A stretch of DNA of 56,864 nt, taken from a virus. Lineage: Duplodnaviria; Caudoviricetes. The position numbers and the translations under genes are program-made. Of the stretch, positions 32,514 to 41,967 are shown piece after piece (position 1 is the stretch's first letter; every line of letters starts with the position of its first letter). The notes under the pieces were generated by a model. That model saw only the letters and a list, made by a program, of their open reading frames with translations. It was not told the origin of the DNA and did no database searches. The stretch lies in the IMG/VR virus record IMGVR_UViG_3300028392_000077, positions 1 through 56,864 of that record. One strand, written 5' to 3'.

Positions 32514-34597
32514 TATTGAGCCGTTACATTAACGATTATTGCGTTTGGATCTAATGTATCTAGTGTTATTATAGTATTATACGTTGATGTTATTATTTGT
32601 GACTTTGGTGTTGCAGTAATAGATAATTGTCCCAACGGATTATTAATATCAACAGGATTAAAATTGATTAATGATACAATGCCTTTTTCGTAATCAATCG
32701 TGCCCGCTGAATTATTTAATATAGTTTTTATGTTGTTATAATTATAATAGTATGTGCGAAGTAAACCATTACTTCCTATCAATACAGGTATGGCTGCAGC
32801 ACCAGTTCCTGTTGTATCATTGGACGCGGGTGTTATTGTAACAACTGCGTATGTATAATTATTACCAGATGATGTCAACTGAATGGAGTTTATTGTTCCA
32901 TTATTGGTATTAATTATGGCTGTAGCTGCAGCTCCAGCTCCATCACCGGAAATTGTAACAGTTGGTTGAAATTGATAACTATAACCAGGATTAATCAATG
33001 AGATGTTTTGAATTCCACTAGTGGAAGAAGGAATTTCTTCGATATAAACACCACTGATATTTTTTACTGTTATGGGATCGTAGAATGTCAGAGTTGGTGA
33101 ATTTTCAATTCCACTGGTGTATATCCCTCTTTCTAATACTGAATTATAGTGCAAATTGTAGGTCGTTGCGTCCGTTAGATTAGGATATATTTTCTTTTGT
33201 AATTTGAGATTTATGTCACTCGTAATAATTGATGGATCAGCTGTTTTAATTGCTATAGAAACATCCGTAGATGAGAGTGTGGAATTAAAGGTATTTAAAT
33301 TATTTGCAGCATATCTATTGATAGCTGTTTTAACAATTTGTGAAATCTCTGATGATGTATAATTTGTAAGTTTTGGATTATACCGAACATCAACAGACAT
33401 GGTTATAAATGTATAATCCGGATCCACTATTGTTGGTTCTACAGTAACAACAGATATTGGTTTTAAGACTTTTGTGATAAGTTCCTTTTTTTGTGTTTGA
33501 GTTATACTTAAAGCTCCCTTTGGTTTAAGACACACAAACACTTGTCCATAGATTGGAGGATCATTCTCCTCACCACCCCAAACATTAACCGCATCAAAAG
33601 AAACTCCTAGTGTGTTTTGATTGATCAATGTGATATAGTCGTCTTTTGTTACTGCTCTGTTCTGTGCTGAGAATGATTTTGGTGCTTGATATTTTATAGA
33701 GTCGATGCTTTCCTTTTCTTTTCCTCTTGAAGCTGCTGCATAAGGATATATGGAAACACCCGAATAGTTGTTATTGATGGAGTCTAGTAATACGAAATTA
33801 TTTGCACCAGCAGATGAAGTTCCTTGTGTTACAATATAGGTTACTGTAATAATATTGCCGTCAGTTAATTGTTTACCTAAAATTCCATCACCAAATTTTA
33901 ATTCATAATTCCCGGTCAGAGATTCTTCAATAAAATATACTTTACTTGTACCATCAAGAGTAATATATGATTCTGCTTTATTGTAAATATCATAACTTGA
34001 ATTTGTTTGGGAAACTTGAACTGATAATCTTATTGTAGAAATATCAATATCGGAGTCAGGTAATTCGAATACATAATTAGGATTTGATGTACTATCGACA
34101 GTAAATCTGTATTCCACAGGAATACCTTGTTTGAGTTCTAAGTTCGAAAAAGTTGCAGTACCACTAACCATATCTGTATTTACTGTTACCGAATCAACAG
34201 TAACAAAGTAATAGTTTGCACCATCAACCGATTCGGACAAAAAATTTGTATATGCAGGAAGAGTGAAACTTGTTGTATTTACTCCATTAAATACAACATT
34301 AGCAAAAGCAGTCGATGCAACAGATGACTGTGGAACATAATTCATCAATTTGGCATGTGAAACAACCGATGATCTTTGGAGTGCTGTATCCAAGAACATT
34401 TCATTTGATATCATGTTCAGATAGAACGCATTATATTGCGTGTTATATGAGAGTACATCGAGAAGAACTGATAGACCAGAACCTTCAAAGTTGTAATCCT
34501 TGAATGTGTCTTGACTTCTCAAATAAGTTTTGAGATTGTTTTTGATCGTATCGAAGTCGAGACCAACAAAATTAATTTGAGAATTAGCTCCGGCCAT
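32513..34597 (-). CDS. gp6: Baseplate wedge subunit gp6
   Basis: LDFDTIKNNLK.YL..Q..FKDYNFEGSGLSVLLDVLSYNT, QNRAVT..DY and WGGEEN.PP.YG.V motifs. Confidence 0.93.
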   Translation of the reverse strand: MAGANSQINFVGLDFDTIKNNLKTYLRSQDTFKDYNFEGSGLSVLLDVLSYNTQYNAFYLNMISNEMFLDTALQRSSVVSHAKLMNYVPQSSVASTAFANVVFNGVNTTSFTLPAYTNFLSESVDGANYYFVTVDSVTVNTDMVSGTATFSNLELKQGIPVEYRFTVDSTSNPNYVFELPDSDIDISTIRLSVQVSQTNSSYDIYNKAESYITLDGTSKVYFIEESLTGNYELKFGDGILGKQLTDGNIITVTYIVTQGTSSAGANNFVLLDSINNNYSGVSIYPYAAASRGKEKESIDSIKYQAPKSFSAQNRAVTKDDYITLINQNTLGVSFDAVNVWGGEENDPPIYGQVFVCLKPKGALSITQTQKKELITKVLKPISVVTVEPTIVDPDYTFITMSVDVRYNPKLTNYTSSEISQIVKTAINRYAANNLNTFNSTLSSTDVSIAIKTADPSIITSDINLKLQKKIYPNLTDATTYNLHYNSVLERGIYTSGIENSPTLTFYDPITVKNISGVYIEEIPSSTSGIQNISLINPGYSYQFQPTVTISGDGAGAAATAIINTNNGTINSIQLTSSGNNYTYAVVTITPASNDTTGTGAAAIPVLIGSNGLLRTYYYNYNNIKTILNNSAGTIDYEKGIVSLINFNPVDINNPLGQLSITATPKSQIITSTYNTIITLDTLDPNAIIVNVTAQ

Positions 34598-34624
34598 TTA
34601 TTTAACCTTTTGTTATTTTTCTTT

Positions 34625-34631
34625 TATTTAG
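34625..34631 (-). promoter_or_regulatory. Probable late promoter variant CTAAATA for gp6
   Basis: TAAATA core ~28 nt upstream of the gp6 ATG. Confidence 0.5.
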
Positions 34632-34645
34632 TTTCGAAAAAAAGC

Positions 34646-34674
34646 TTGACAAAAATATTAACACAGTATATAAT
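34646..34674 (+). promoter_or_regulatory. Perfect sigma70 promoter, antisense to the baseplate operon
   Basis: TTGACA (34646-51), 17-nt spacer, TATAAT (34669-74), with an upstream A-tract. Confidence 0.75.
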
Positions 34675-34697
34675 TACTATGTCTTACCAAAAGAACA

Positions 34698-35093
34698 TTA
34701 TCTTGATCTTTTTAATATTAAATTGACAGCTGTCGGTTCTGTTTTGTTTCCAATATATACAAATAGAGATACTTGATATCCGTTTTGGTCCGGATATGCA
34801 GTAACATCCAGACTAGCTATTGTTGCCCTTGGTTCCCAGTTGGTAATTACTCTGGTAATTTCATCTTTAAGTAAATTTCCAGTTAATCCGGTAATAGGTT
34901 CAAATAAAAGATTATCCACTCTTGAAGATAATGTAGGATTAAATAATCTTTCATATGGTTTTGTTAACAATAAATTTCGTATTGATCGAATTACTGCCTG
35001 TTCGTCATAACTGATAGATACGTCCTTTGTTGCTGGTTGAGGAGTAAATCTCAAGTCTATGTCTGAATAAAATCTTTGTCTTTTTGGTAACAT
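34698..35093 (-). CDS. gp25: Baseplate wedge subunit gp25
   Basis: Start moved to the ATG at 35093; YSDIDL.F...P...DV...DEQAV.RSIRNLLLT..YERLFNP and WEPR motifs. Confidence 0.92.
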   Translation of the reverse strand: MLPKRQRFYSDIDLRFTPQPATKDVSISYDEQAVIRSIRNLLLTKPYERLFNPTLSSRVDNLLFEPITGLTGNLLKDEITRVITNWEPRATIASLDVTAYPDQNGYQVSLFVYIGNKTEPTAVNLILKRSR

Positions 35094-35095
35094 TT

Positions 35096-35398
35096 TTAAC
35101 CTGCCAAAACGTTTGGTGATCCTTGACCCACAGCGGTACACACAGGTCCCACTATATCTCCCACTCTCCCCACTCCTAATCCCGAAGCTCTGACCATTAA
35201 TGATCCCACCAATATTGCTGCAATGTGAGTCACACACGGTGGTGTTCCGCCAGTGGGTATTAGATGAGGACTATTTGTGTGTCCTTGGCAACTTACAGGA
35301 ATTCCACTAATTCTCACCAAAGGATTTCCTTGCGATCTTACCATTGGTGAACAGTGAGGAATATCCGATGCACCAACAAATGTAACTGGACTACCCAT
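35096..35398 (-). CDS. gp5.4: PAAR-repeat spike tip protein (gp5.4-like)
   Basis: Cys/His ligands (PHC, PH...C.TH), GVGRVGD and GSPNVLAG. Confidence 0.88.
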   Translation of the reverse strand: MGSPVTFVGASDIPHCSPMVRSQGNPLVRISGIPVSCQGHTNSPHLIPTGGTPPCVTHIAAILVGSLMVRASGLGVGRVGDIVGPVCTAVGQGSPNVLAG

Positions 35399-35660
35399 TA
35401 TCATTCCTTTGTTGCGAAACTTTTGGTTTTCGTATTTCTATCGTTCTATTTGCTTTAGAATATGGTCTGGTTTCCCTACTCGTTAATTCCTGCATCATCA
35501 TAGGAAAAGAAGAAATATATGCGTGTTGTTCTTCTGTGTGTGGTGGTTCAGGATATTCCGGATCAAATTTAACCAGATAATCAAAAGATTCCGGAACATC
35601 TTCCATTCTTTCGTATGTAAATTGTTCTGAATCTATTAGTATTGTGAATGTATTTGCCAT
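35391..35660 (-). CDS. Conserved T4-like hypothetical protein
   Basis: Y....D.P..FD..VKF.P..P.PPHTEEQH motif recalled next to PAAR genes in T4-like phages. Confidence 0.7.
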   Translation of the reverse strand: MANTFTILIDSEQFTYERMEDVPESFDYLVKFDPEYPEPPHTEEQHAYISSFPMMMQELTSRETRPYSKANRTIEIRKPKVSQQRNDNG

Positions 35661-35669
35661 TTTATTACC

Positions 35670-36806
35670 TTAGTTCAATTCTATGATTGTACCCTGAATT
35701 GCAACTGCTGCTGCGGCCGCAATATCTACACCAATACCCGAATGAATCGTTGTCGCAGCGCCAGATGTAACATCAATAACTCCACCTGCACTAATCTCTG
35801 TGCCACCAGTTGATGTAATATTAATATTAGCTAGAGAATCAACCGTTGTTATACCTGTAGAATAAATACCGACGGTGGTTAGAGCAGTAATTGATGTTGC
35901 CAAAGTGGATACAAGAGTAATCGTCGTTGCTGATGTGACTGTTGTTGCTAAAACGGAACCAAGAGTGAGGAATGCTCCTGCTGTGATCGTTGTTGTAAGA
36001 CCAGAAACAATTGTTGTCGCAAGACCAGAAGTCAGACTGACATTCACCCCGGCCGTGCCAATTATTGATCCACCCGCTACACCAATAATTGATGTTCCTG
36101 CTTCCATAAGAATCGCAGATGGTGTTCCCATCTCAATAGCACCAACAGTGTCTACTAACATTCCTAATCCGGGAACTATTCCACTAATTACATGAGGCAA
36201 AGGTTCACCTCCAGTCGCAGGAATTATCCCTTCCGCCATTATAGAACCTTGAATGCTCAAGTGACCACCTGCCGTTAGATTTCCCAGAGCACCAACAGTC
36301 CGTTGGCAAATAACGTCTCCACGAATGTTAACGTTGCCACTTTGTGTTATCTCATTGACAGATTCTTGTTCAATTTCATCGGCAGTGACATTGTGTGTCC
36401 CCTCACAGTTTGTTTTAAAGTCACCCTGTACAGTTAAATTGTAATTGCCTTTAACGGTGTGGTCCATGTCACCATCAACAAGGAGATGCATATTTCCCAA
36501 CACATGTAGTTCTGCATCTTTGTGTATGTTGACTGTACAACCGCCTTGAATGTCGACCACTTGATCTTTGATGACCAGATGAAAACCGTTACCTACAATT
36601 TTGTGTACTACATTACCCGTCGCTTGATATTCTTGAAATGAACCCTCACGGTGTTGTACTCTAATTCTTTCATTTCCTGGAGTAGAATCATACTCTTGAT
36701 AATGACCACATTCAGTCCCCTTTACTGAATTATAAGGAGATTTTGGTTTGCCTCTACCATATTTGGCATCACTGTCTGTGGGTTCGAATGTTGCGTCAGT
36801 TGTCAT
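35670..36806 (-). CDS. gp5: gp5 C-terminal part (beta-helical cell-puncturing needle), no lysozyme domain
   Basis: PYN.V..TE.GH..EYD.TPG.ERI...HR.G motif followed by 8-residue V.G repeats ending IELN. Confidence 0.85.
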   Translation of the reverse strand: MTTDATFEPTDSDAKYGRGKPKSPYNSVKGTECGHYQEYDSTPGNERIRVQHREGSFQEYQATGNVVHKIVGNGFHLVIKDQVVDIQGGCTVNIHKDAELHVLGNMHLLVDGDMDHTVKGNYNLTVQGDFKTNCEGTHNVTADEIEQESVNEITQSGNVNIRGDVICQRTVGALGNLTAGGHLSIQGSIMAEGIIPATGGEPLPHVISGIVPGLGMLVDTVGAIEMGTPSAILMEAGTSIIGVAGGSIIGTAGVNVSLTSGLATTIVSGLTTTITAGAFLTLGSVLATTVTSATTITLVSTLATSITALTTVGIYSTGITTVDSLANINITSTGGTEISAGGVIDVTSGAATTIHSGIGVDIAAAAAVAIQGTIIELN

Positions 36807-37126
36807 TATCTTCCGCCTCTGTTATGATAATTCATTCTATTTTGAACTTTCATCATAAGATCCACTTTTCGTTGAATTTGTTCTGGATTTAACGCAGTCG
36901 AAATGACGTTTTCCAGATGTTCAGATTTGTCCATAATATGCGATTTTATACCTTCCAATTGACTTAAAAAGTCAGGATGAGGTTCTGCATTGGGATTTAA
37001 TTCAGACGCAACATTTATCTTTGATGCATCATACAGATTGTTTGTATGATTTTGAAGTTCGTTTAGAGAATCCTCCAAAGAACTTATATTACTCATTAAT
37101 AATTGAACTTGTTTTTCTGCACTCAT
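36806..37126 (-). CDS. Hypothetical helical protein within the split gp5 locus
   Basis: 106-aa ORF with TAATG overlaps on both sides. Confidence 0.7.
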   Translation of the reverse strand: MSAEKQVQLLMSNISSLEDSLNELQNHTNNLYDASKINVASELNPNAEPHPDFLSQLEGIKSHIMDKSEHLENVISTALNPEQIQRKVDLMMKVQNRMNYHNRGGR

Positions 37127-37815
37127 TATACTTTAGCCTTTATTGCTGGTGGTTTCACGTTATAGTTCCCTGATGTTGATACCATTGGTATGCCTGTTCC
37201 TGATAATCCTTTTGTTGCGTTTATATCTGATAAACCTTGAGATAAACCAGAACTGAAACTACTACCAATACCGGAGGCATACTTGGTGACTCCAGCAGTT
37301 AACTCTTTCAAACAATTTGCAACAAGTTGTGCCAATCTGGCAGGTATACTTGCAATGAAAGCAACAAATTCTGCTATGGCTTTTATCCATGTTTGAATTT
37401 CTTTGATCAAATCAGTCATTTTTTTAACATAACCTTGTAATTCTTTGATCATCATCTTGATCGATGCGATCCAGTTATTGACTTGATCCACGATCGGAGC
37501 AAAGAACTCTTTTGCTATTTTGTATGCCCATTCTTTGAGTCTGATTGCCTCAGCTTCTGGCCACAACTTCAATCTAGAATTCAATTTATTCATCAAATTT
37601 GGCAATTTGATAGGACAACCGGCAACAGGAATCAAGTTATTCAATTCTGTCATGCTGTTTTTGAGTACACCTTGTGAATTTTTGGGAAGAGATGCACCAT
37701 CATCCTGTGCAGTAACCGAACTATTAGTTCCTTTCGGTACTTTTGGAGGATTTGTTTCTGTGGTTTTACCACCAGATGAACTTGTTTCCGCTAAGTTTGG
37801 ATTATCTGCAGCCAT
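37126..37815 (-). CDS. Hypothetical amphipathic-helix protein within the split gp5 locus
   Basis: 229-aa ORF with long amphipathic helices (IKAIAEFVAFIASIPARLAQLVANCL). Confidence 0.7.
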   Translation of the reverse strand: MAADNPNLAETSSSGGKTTETNPPKVPKGTNSSVTAQDDGASLPKNSQGVLKNSMTELNNLIPVAGCPIKLPNLMNKLNSRLKLWPEAEAIRLKEWAYKIAKEFFAPIVDQVNNWIASIKMMIKELQGYVKKMTDLIKEIQTWIKAIAEFVAFIASIPARLAQLVANCLKELTAGVTKYASGIGSSFSSGLSQGLSDINATKGLSGTGIPMVSTSGNYNVKPPAIKAKV

Positions 37816-37823
37816 TTTTTATC

Positions 37824-38150
37824 CTATGTATTTTTACCATTTATGGTCTTATCTTTTATATATGGAAGTACTCCCATCATCACCGGAAACTGTGCATTTT
37901 CGCCGTCCATAAAGAAACCTACAACCCAATCTCCAATTAACGGTGCTGTCCATTCAAGTGAATTATTTACTGGAAACAGTGCCATAGACCAAGGCAAATC
38001 ATCCGATGGTAGTAAAGATGTATTTTCTGTATGCCAACCAAAAATACGAACCTTACATCTTCCCATGGCCAATGGATCAACTCTCTGTTCGATCACACCG
38101 ACCCACCAAATAAAACCACTCATACCAATAAAATTATCCTTGTCTATCAT
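37824..38150 (-). CDS. gp5: gp5 N-terminal OB-fold domain encoded as a separate gene
   Basis: Start moved to 38150; FIWWVGVIE.R.DPL.MGRCKVRIFGWH...LPW and GDWVVGFFMDG..AQ.P..MG. Confidence 0.88.
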   Translation of the reverse strand: MIDKDNFIGMSGFIWWVGVIEQRVDPLAMGRCKVRIFGWHTENTSLLPSDDLPWSMALFPVNNSLEWTAPLIGDWVVGFFMDGENAQFPVMMGVLPYIKDKTINGKNT

Positions 38151-39567
38151 TTGATATACTCTCTTTTGCAACTTCAATAACAGTGGTATAACGAGTAACG
38201 TTTACTATATGTCTGATTGCTGTAATTAAATATTTACCATTCAGATATATATCCTCTTGTTTCGTTTTCGTATCATTTATTAATGGTACAGTTTCATAAA
38301 TTTTTATTGTTATAACATCACCAATTTTGATACTAGAATTACCAGGAACCAAAATTTTAAGACGATTATATTGTGATAAAAATAATTGAGCAATTCTGTT
38401 TGGTATTGTTTTCTCAATAAGATAATCGTTTTGCACAGAATTTGGAGTACCATTTATCTGTGATGACTTTTTCAAATTCGAATTGGACATCATTAATCTT
38501 AATGCACTCGATTGCAATTCATTAGGTGGGGGTTCATATATTTTCTTGCCCACTAAATCGGTGTACTCATTACTTTTATTGGAATTGATATCGGTTACAT
38601 CTAATTCGTTTAATTTCTGTGCTTGTTTATAATAATCATTATAATTGAAATCTTTAATGTATCTTTGTCTTAACATAGGATCAAGAGATATTAGACGATT
38701 CGATAAAGTTCCCTTCGATGTTGCTCCTAATGTGTCAAAGTTATTCATAATTTCTAAACGGTAAATGTTTTCCGACTCACTGTTGAGATCGTTGTTAACA
38801 TTTTTAGGATTATAATAATACGTATAAATCGAATTTTGTTTGTATAGTGTTTGTAGAGACTTAAAATGCAATCCTGCATAATTCTCATACAATAACATAT
38901 CAGCGCCAATTTTTCCCTGAGATGGTTGGGCATATAATGCCAACCAGTTTATGGTCTCATATATTTTTTTATTGGGTAAAACGAAGTCATATGATCCTAG
39001 TGTTTGTTCAATGGATACACTTTTTTTCGTTTTCAGAAAATTTCTAAGAACATTTTGCACTATGGAACTTATTTGTTCTTGTTTATATGATTTACTGACC
39101 CTATATTTTTCAGCAGTCATCAATTCTTTAGAACATAAATTCAAAGTGTAGTTTTCAAAATTCATACTATTGTCTTGATGTCGATCGGACACAGAAAAAA
39201 CATGAAGTTGATGTTCGATTACATTTCCGCCAACACCCGCATGGAATTTCATATTGATCTTTTCTGTACCATTCAATCCACCCATTTTGAATACACCGAC
39301 TGCATCAGATATCACTAATTTTGCAGATACAGAATTATCAAAAATGTCCTCATAATAGTTCAATTCGATCAAGTATGGTATTAAATCTAATTTTTCGCCA
39401 ATATTACTTGTCAAAGTTGAACCTTCGAGGGACAATTCGTCAAGATTGAAATCTGTAGGATATGTTAAATCTAAATTGGGATTCGCACTCTGTACTGAAC
39501 TGCCATCCAACACAGATGATAATGTGGAATTTCCAATAGGAGCAATAATATCCGAAAGAATACTCAT
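38134..39567 (-). CDS. Baseplate hub protein (gp27/VgrG-N-like)
   Basis: Located between gp53 and gp5; ELNYYEDIF, VPGNS.I.IGDVI and GKYLITAIRH motifs typical of hub proteins. Confidence 0.65.
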   Translation of the reverse strand: MSILSDIIAPIGNSTLSSVLDGSSVQSANPNLDLTYPTDFNLDELSLEGSTLTSNIGEKLDLIPYLIELNYYEDIFDNSVSAKLVISDAVGVFKMGGLNGTEKINMKFHAGVGGNVIEHQLHVFSVSDRHQDNSMNFENYTLNLCSKELMTAEKYRVSKSYKQEQISSIVQNVLRNFLKTKKSVSIEQTLGSYDFVLPNKKIYETINWLALYAQPSQGKIGADMLLYENYAGLHFKSLQTLYKQNSIYTYYYNPKNVNNDLNSESENIYRLEIMNNFDTLGATSKGTLSNRLISLDPMLRQRYIKDFNYNDYYKQAQKLNELDVTDINSNKSNEYTDLVGKKIYEPPPNELQSSALRLMMSNSNLKKSSQINGTPNSVQNDYLIEKTIPNRIAQLFLSQYNRLKILVPGNSSIKIGDVITIKIYETVPLINDTKTKQEDIYLNGKYLITAIRHIVNVTRYTTVIEVAKESISNDRQG

Positions 39568-40238
39568 GTTATATAAACGCCTTTTATCAATTTCACAAAT
39601 TGTCTTTCCATATCAACTGCATAATCTGAATTTAAAATCTGAATCTTTCTTTTATTTTCGTTTATTCTTTCTTCATACTCGTAAATACTCACAGCTTTTT
39701 TCGTGATATTCACCGTTGCAACAACCCCATTATCAAATGTTCTGGTTATTGTTTCTTCATCCATCATTGAGTTATAAGTATCAATATCAATATGTATTGT
39801 TATCACTTGATTCTGATAATTCAGTGTGTCTGTTGTGTTTATTATTTTTTCGAAATGATGAGGAGAAGAAGTAATATAACTCATAGTTTGACTTGATGTC
39901 ACTGCATTTGCAGAAATAAATAAAACGTTTGCCGTATCATTTCTATATTTGTCAACCACATAACTTTGAAAGTCATTATAATTTAATGGCCATTCGGATT
40001 GTGGATCGATAATATTATTCGAATACAGAATTAACCAATATCGATACACATCATTGTAATATCGATACGCAATATTTTCTGGAGTATCTCCTTCCCGCAC
40101 ATCATATTCATAAAACAGAACTATGTTCTTTAGTAATGAAGATAAGATATATGTTCGAGTCAATATATTACTGACAACAATTGAATTATTGTTGTTGTCT
40201 GTTCGGACTATCAGTGGAAGATTATTGAAATATTTCAT
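39564..40238 (-). CDS. gp53: Baseplate wedge subunit gp53
   Basis: MKYF..LP, Y.V.EGDTPE.IA..YY....YWLIL..N.I.DP..EWPL and YEYE..INE.KR.I motifs. Confidence 0.9.
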   Translation of the reverse strand: MKYFNNLPLIVRTDNNNNSIVVSNILTRTYILSSLLKNIVLFYEYDVREGDTPENIAYRYYNDVYRYWLILYSNNIIDPQSEWPLNYNDFQSYVVDKYRNDTANVLFISANAVTSSQTMSYITSSPHHFEKIINTTDTLNYQNQVITIHIDIDTYNSMMDEETITRTFDNGVVATVNITKKAVSIYEYEERINENKRKIQILNSDYAVDMERQFVKLIKGVYIT

Positions 40239-40240
40239 TA

Positions 40241-41455
40241 TTAACCACCCAATGGAGGAACGTTACCTAAACCTGCGGCTATACTACCAAGGGTGGGAGA
40301 TGATACGCTTCCGGGAGCAAGAGGCCCAGGTTGCAACATACTCACTGCAGCCAATGTGTCTGGATTTTGATTAGCTGTGTCACCAATACTTGATGCTGTG
40401 GATCCCTGTTTTGATGATAATGGTCTAATATTTTCCTTTGTCACAATGTCAGTTTCTTGGAAAGTCAGAGTCATCGTTGTTTGAACGGGATGACCATCTG
40501 CATATGCTGCCCATCCATTTGGTGCATAATCTAGATTGATATCCTTTAACACACACGGATGATATATTTCAAATATTTTTGCTGGATTTGCGGAAGGATC
40601 AATTTGATTTGATCCAAATATCGCGCCGCTGACTTGCGAAGTTAAAATATTTGTACCTATATTTTTGAAGAAATCTGTAAATGCACCAGTTAAACCCGAT
40701 CCACCTAGAAAAGAAAATTTGATGTCAAATACTTGTGGTGGTTCCAAGAATTGCTGACTTTTTCCTAATAATGCCGGGGCTGAATAGTATTGGAACGCAT
40801 TGATGATACTTTCGACCATTATAGCTTCTTTACTTGATGTCGGTGTAAAGATAAATGAGAATTGAAAAGTTCTGAGTCCAACACCCTTGAATAATAATTG
40901 TAATTGTGGATTAGGAACTGTCTTTAATGCCATTCCAATTGTTCCACCCAAATCCTTATTAGCTACACTACCTAATGCCCCGGCCAGACCTCTAGCATAT
41001 AGATTGAGATAATTGGATCTATCTTGACTTGAACCTCGATATGCTGATGCCCAATCCGCAATTGCACCCGCAATATATTTACCTGTACCTAGAGCTTCTT
41101 CCAAACTGCTGTCCGCATAGATATTATTGAACTCCACGTTTAAAGTATCTGGCATATAAAGAGATATTGTAGATAGAATATCTTTTTGTGCTGTTAATTT
41201 AAACAAAGATGTAGGATTTACTGACTGAGCCAATGTACTCGCACCACCGGTCAAATTGCCGATTGCGGAAGTTAAACCATATGTGTAATTGTGTACAGTG
41301 AACTGTATGGCATGACCATAATTAGGATTTGATGCCAAATCGATAGGATACATCAAATTTTGATCTGTTATACCTCCAGGAAATAAATCAAATAACAGAT
41401 TTAGTGGAGGTTTTACACCATTAATGTTTAATGGTAGTATATCTATCGTTGCCAT
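40241..41455 (-). CDS. gp48: Baseplate tail-tube cap gp48
   Basis: ISLYMPD, NPQLQLLF.G..LRTFQF.F.F.P and CVL..I..DYAPNG...P....MTL.F.E motifs. Confidence 0.8.
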   Translation of the reverse strand: MATIDILPLNINGVKPPLNLLFDLFPGGITDQNLMYPIDLASNPNYGHAIQFTVHNYTYGLTSAIGNLTGGASTLAQSVNPTSLFKLTAQKDILSTISLYMPDTLNVEFNNIYADSSLEEALGTGKYIAGAIADWASAYRGSSQDRSNYLNLYARGLAGALGSVANKDLGGTIGMALKTVPNPQLQLLFKGVGLRTFQFSFIFTPTSSKEAIMVESIINAFQYYSAPALLGKSQQFLEPPQVFDIKFSFLGGSGLTGAFTDFFKNIGTNILTSQVSGAIFGSNQIDPSANPAKIFEIYHPCVLKDINLDYAPNGWAAYADGHPVQTTMTLTFQETDIVTKENIRPLSSKQGSTASSIGDTANQNPDTLAAVSMLQPGPLAPGSVSSPTLGSIAAGLGNVPPLGG

Positions 41456-41483
41456 TTAATTATCCGAAAAGAAATATATATTG

Positions 41484-41491
41484 TATTTATG
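41484..41491 (-). promoter_or_regulatory. Late promoter CATAAATA driving the leftward baseplate operon
   Basis: NATAAATA 29 nt upstream of the gp48 ATG; overlaps the divergent gp4 start codon. Confidence 0.6.
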
Positions 41492-41959
41492 ACATATAAA
41501 GGAAGATTTTATCCTAGAAATCCACAAAAGTACCTAGGTGATCCAAAGAATATTATTTATAGATCATCTTGGGAACATAGGATCATGGATTCATTCGACA
41601 AAAGATCGGATGTATTGTCATGGTCTTCGGAGGAGATGTGCGTTCCATATGTGTCTCCTGTTGATAGTAAACGCCATAGATATTTTCCAGACTTCATTGT
41701 GAAAATTAAATCAAAAGACGGATCAATAAAGACATTTATGGTCGAAGTCAAACCAGAAAAACAATCACGACCACCAGAAAAGAAATCTAGAGTTACCAAA
41801 CAGTATATTCACGAGGTAGTTACTTGGGGTATCAATCAAGCAAAATGGAAGGCAGCTATTGAATACTGTAAAGATAGAAATTGGCATTTCATTGTTATGA
41901 CCTCCAGAGATGGTCTGGAATTTAAACACTTGACTGAAAAGGAATTATTACTCAACTAA
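41489..41959 (+). CDS. gp4: Head completion nuclease gp4
   Basis: YKG.F.P.NP.KY.GD..NI.YRSSWE, HRYFPDF, EVKP..Q and NQAKW.AA motifs. Confidence 0.93.
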   Translation: MTYKGRFYPRNPQKYLGDPKNIIYRSSWEHRIMDSFDKRSDVLSWSSEEMCVPYVSPVDSKRHRYFPDFIVKIKSKDGSIKTFMVEVKPEKQSRPPEKKSRVTKQYIHEVVTWGINQAKWKAAIEYCKDRNWHFIVMTSRDGLEFKHLTEKELLLN

Positions 41960-41962
41960 ATA
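41956..41962 (+). promoter_or_regulatory. Probable late promoter CTAAATA immediately before gp2 (near-leaderless transcript)
   Basis: TAAATA core ends 5 nt before the ATG at 41968; no obvious SD. Confidence 0.5.
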
Positions 41963-41967
41963 CTGGT

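Noticed and set aside
357-34726. Many 60-140 aa ORFs overlapping fibre and baseplate genes (e.g. 21107-21600, 14583-15125)
   Set aside because: Off-frame or antisense products of repetitive coding sequence.
41489-41959. TnsA transposase / mobile element
   Set aside because: The same fold is the T4 gp4 head completion protein, in canonical synteny with gp2; no transposon ends.
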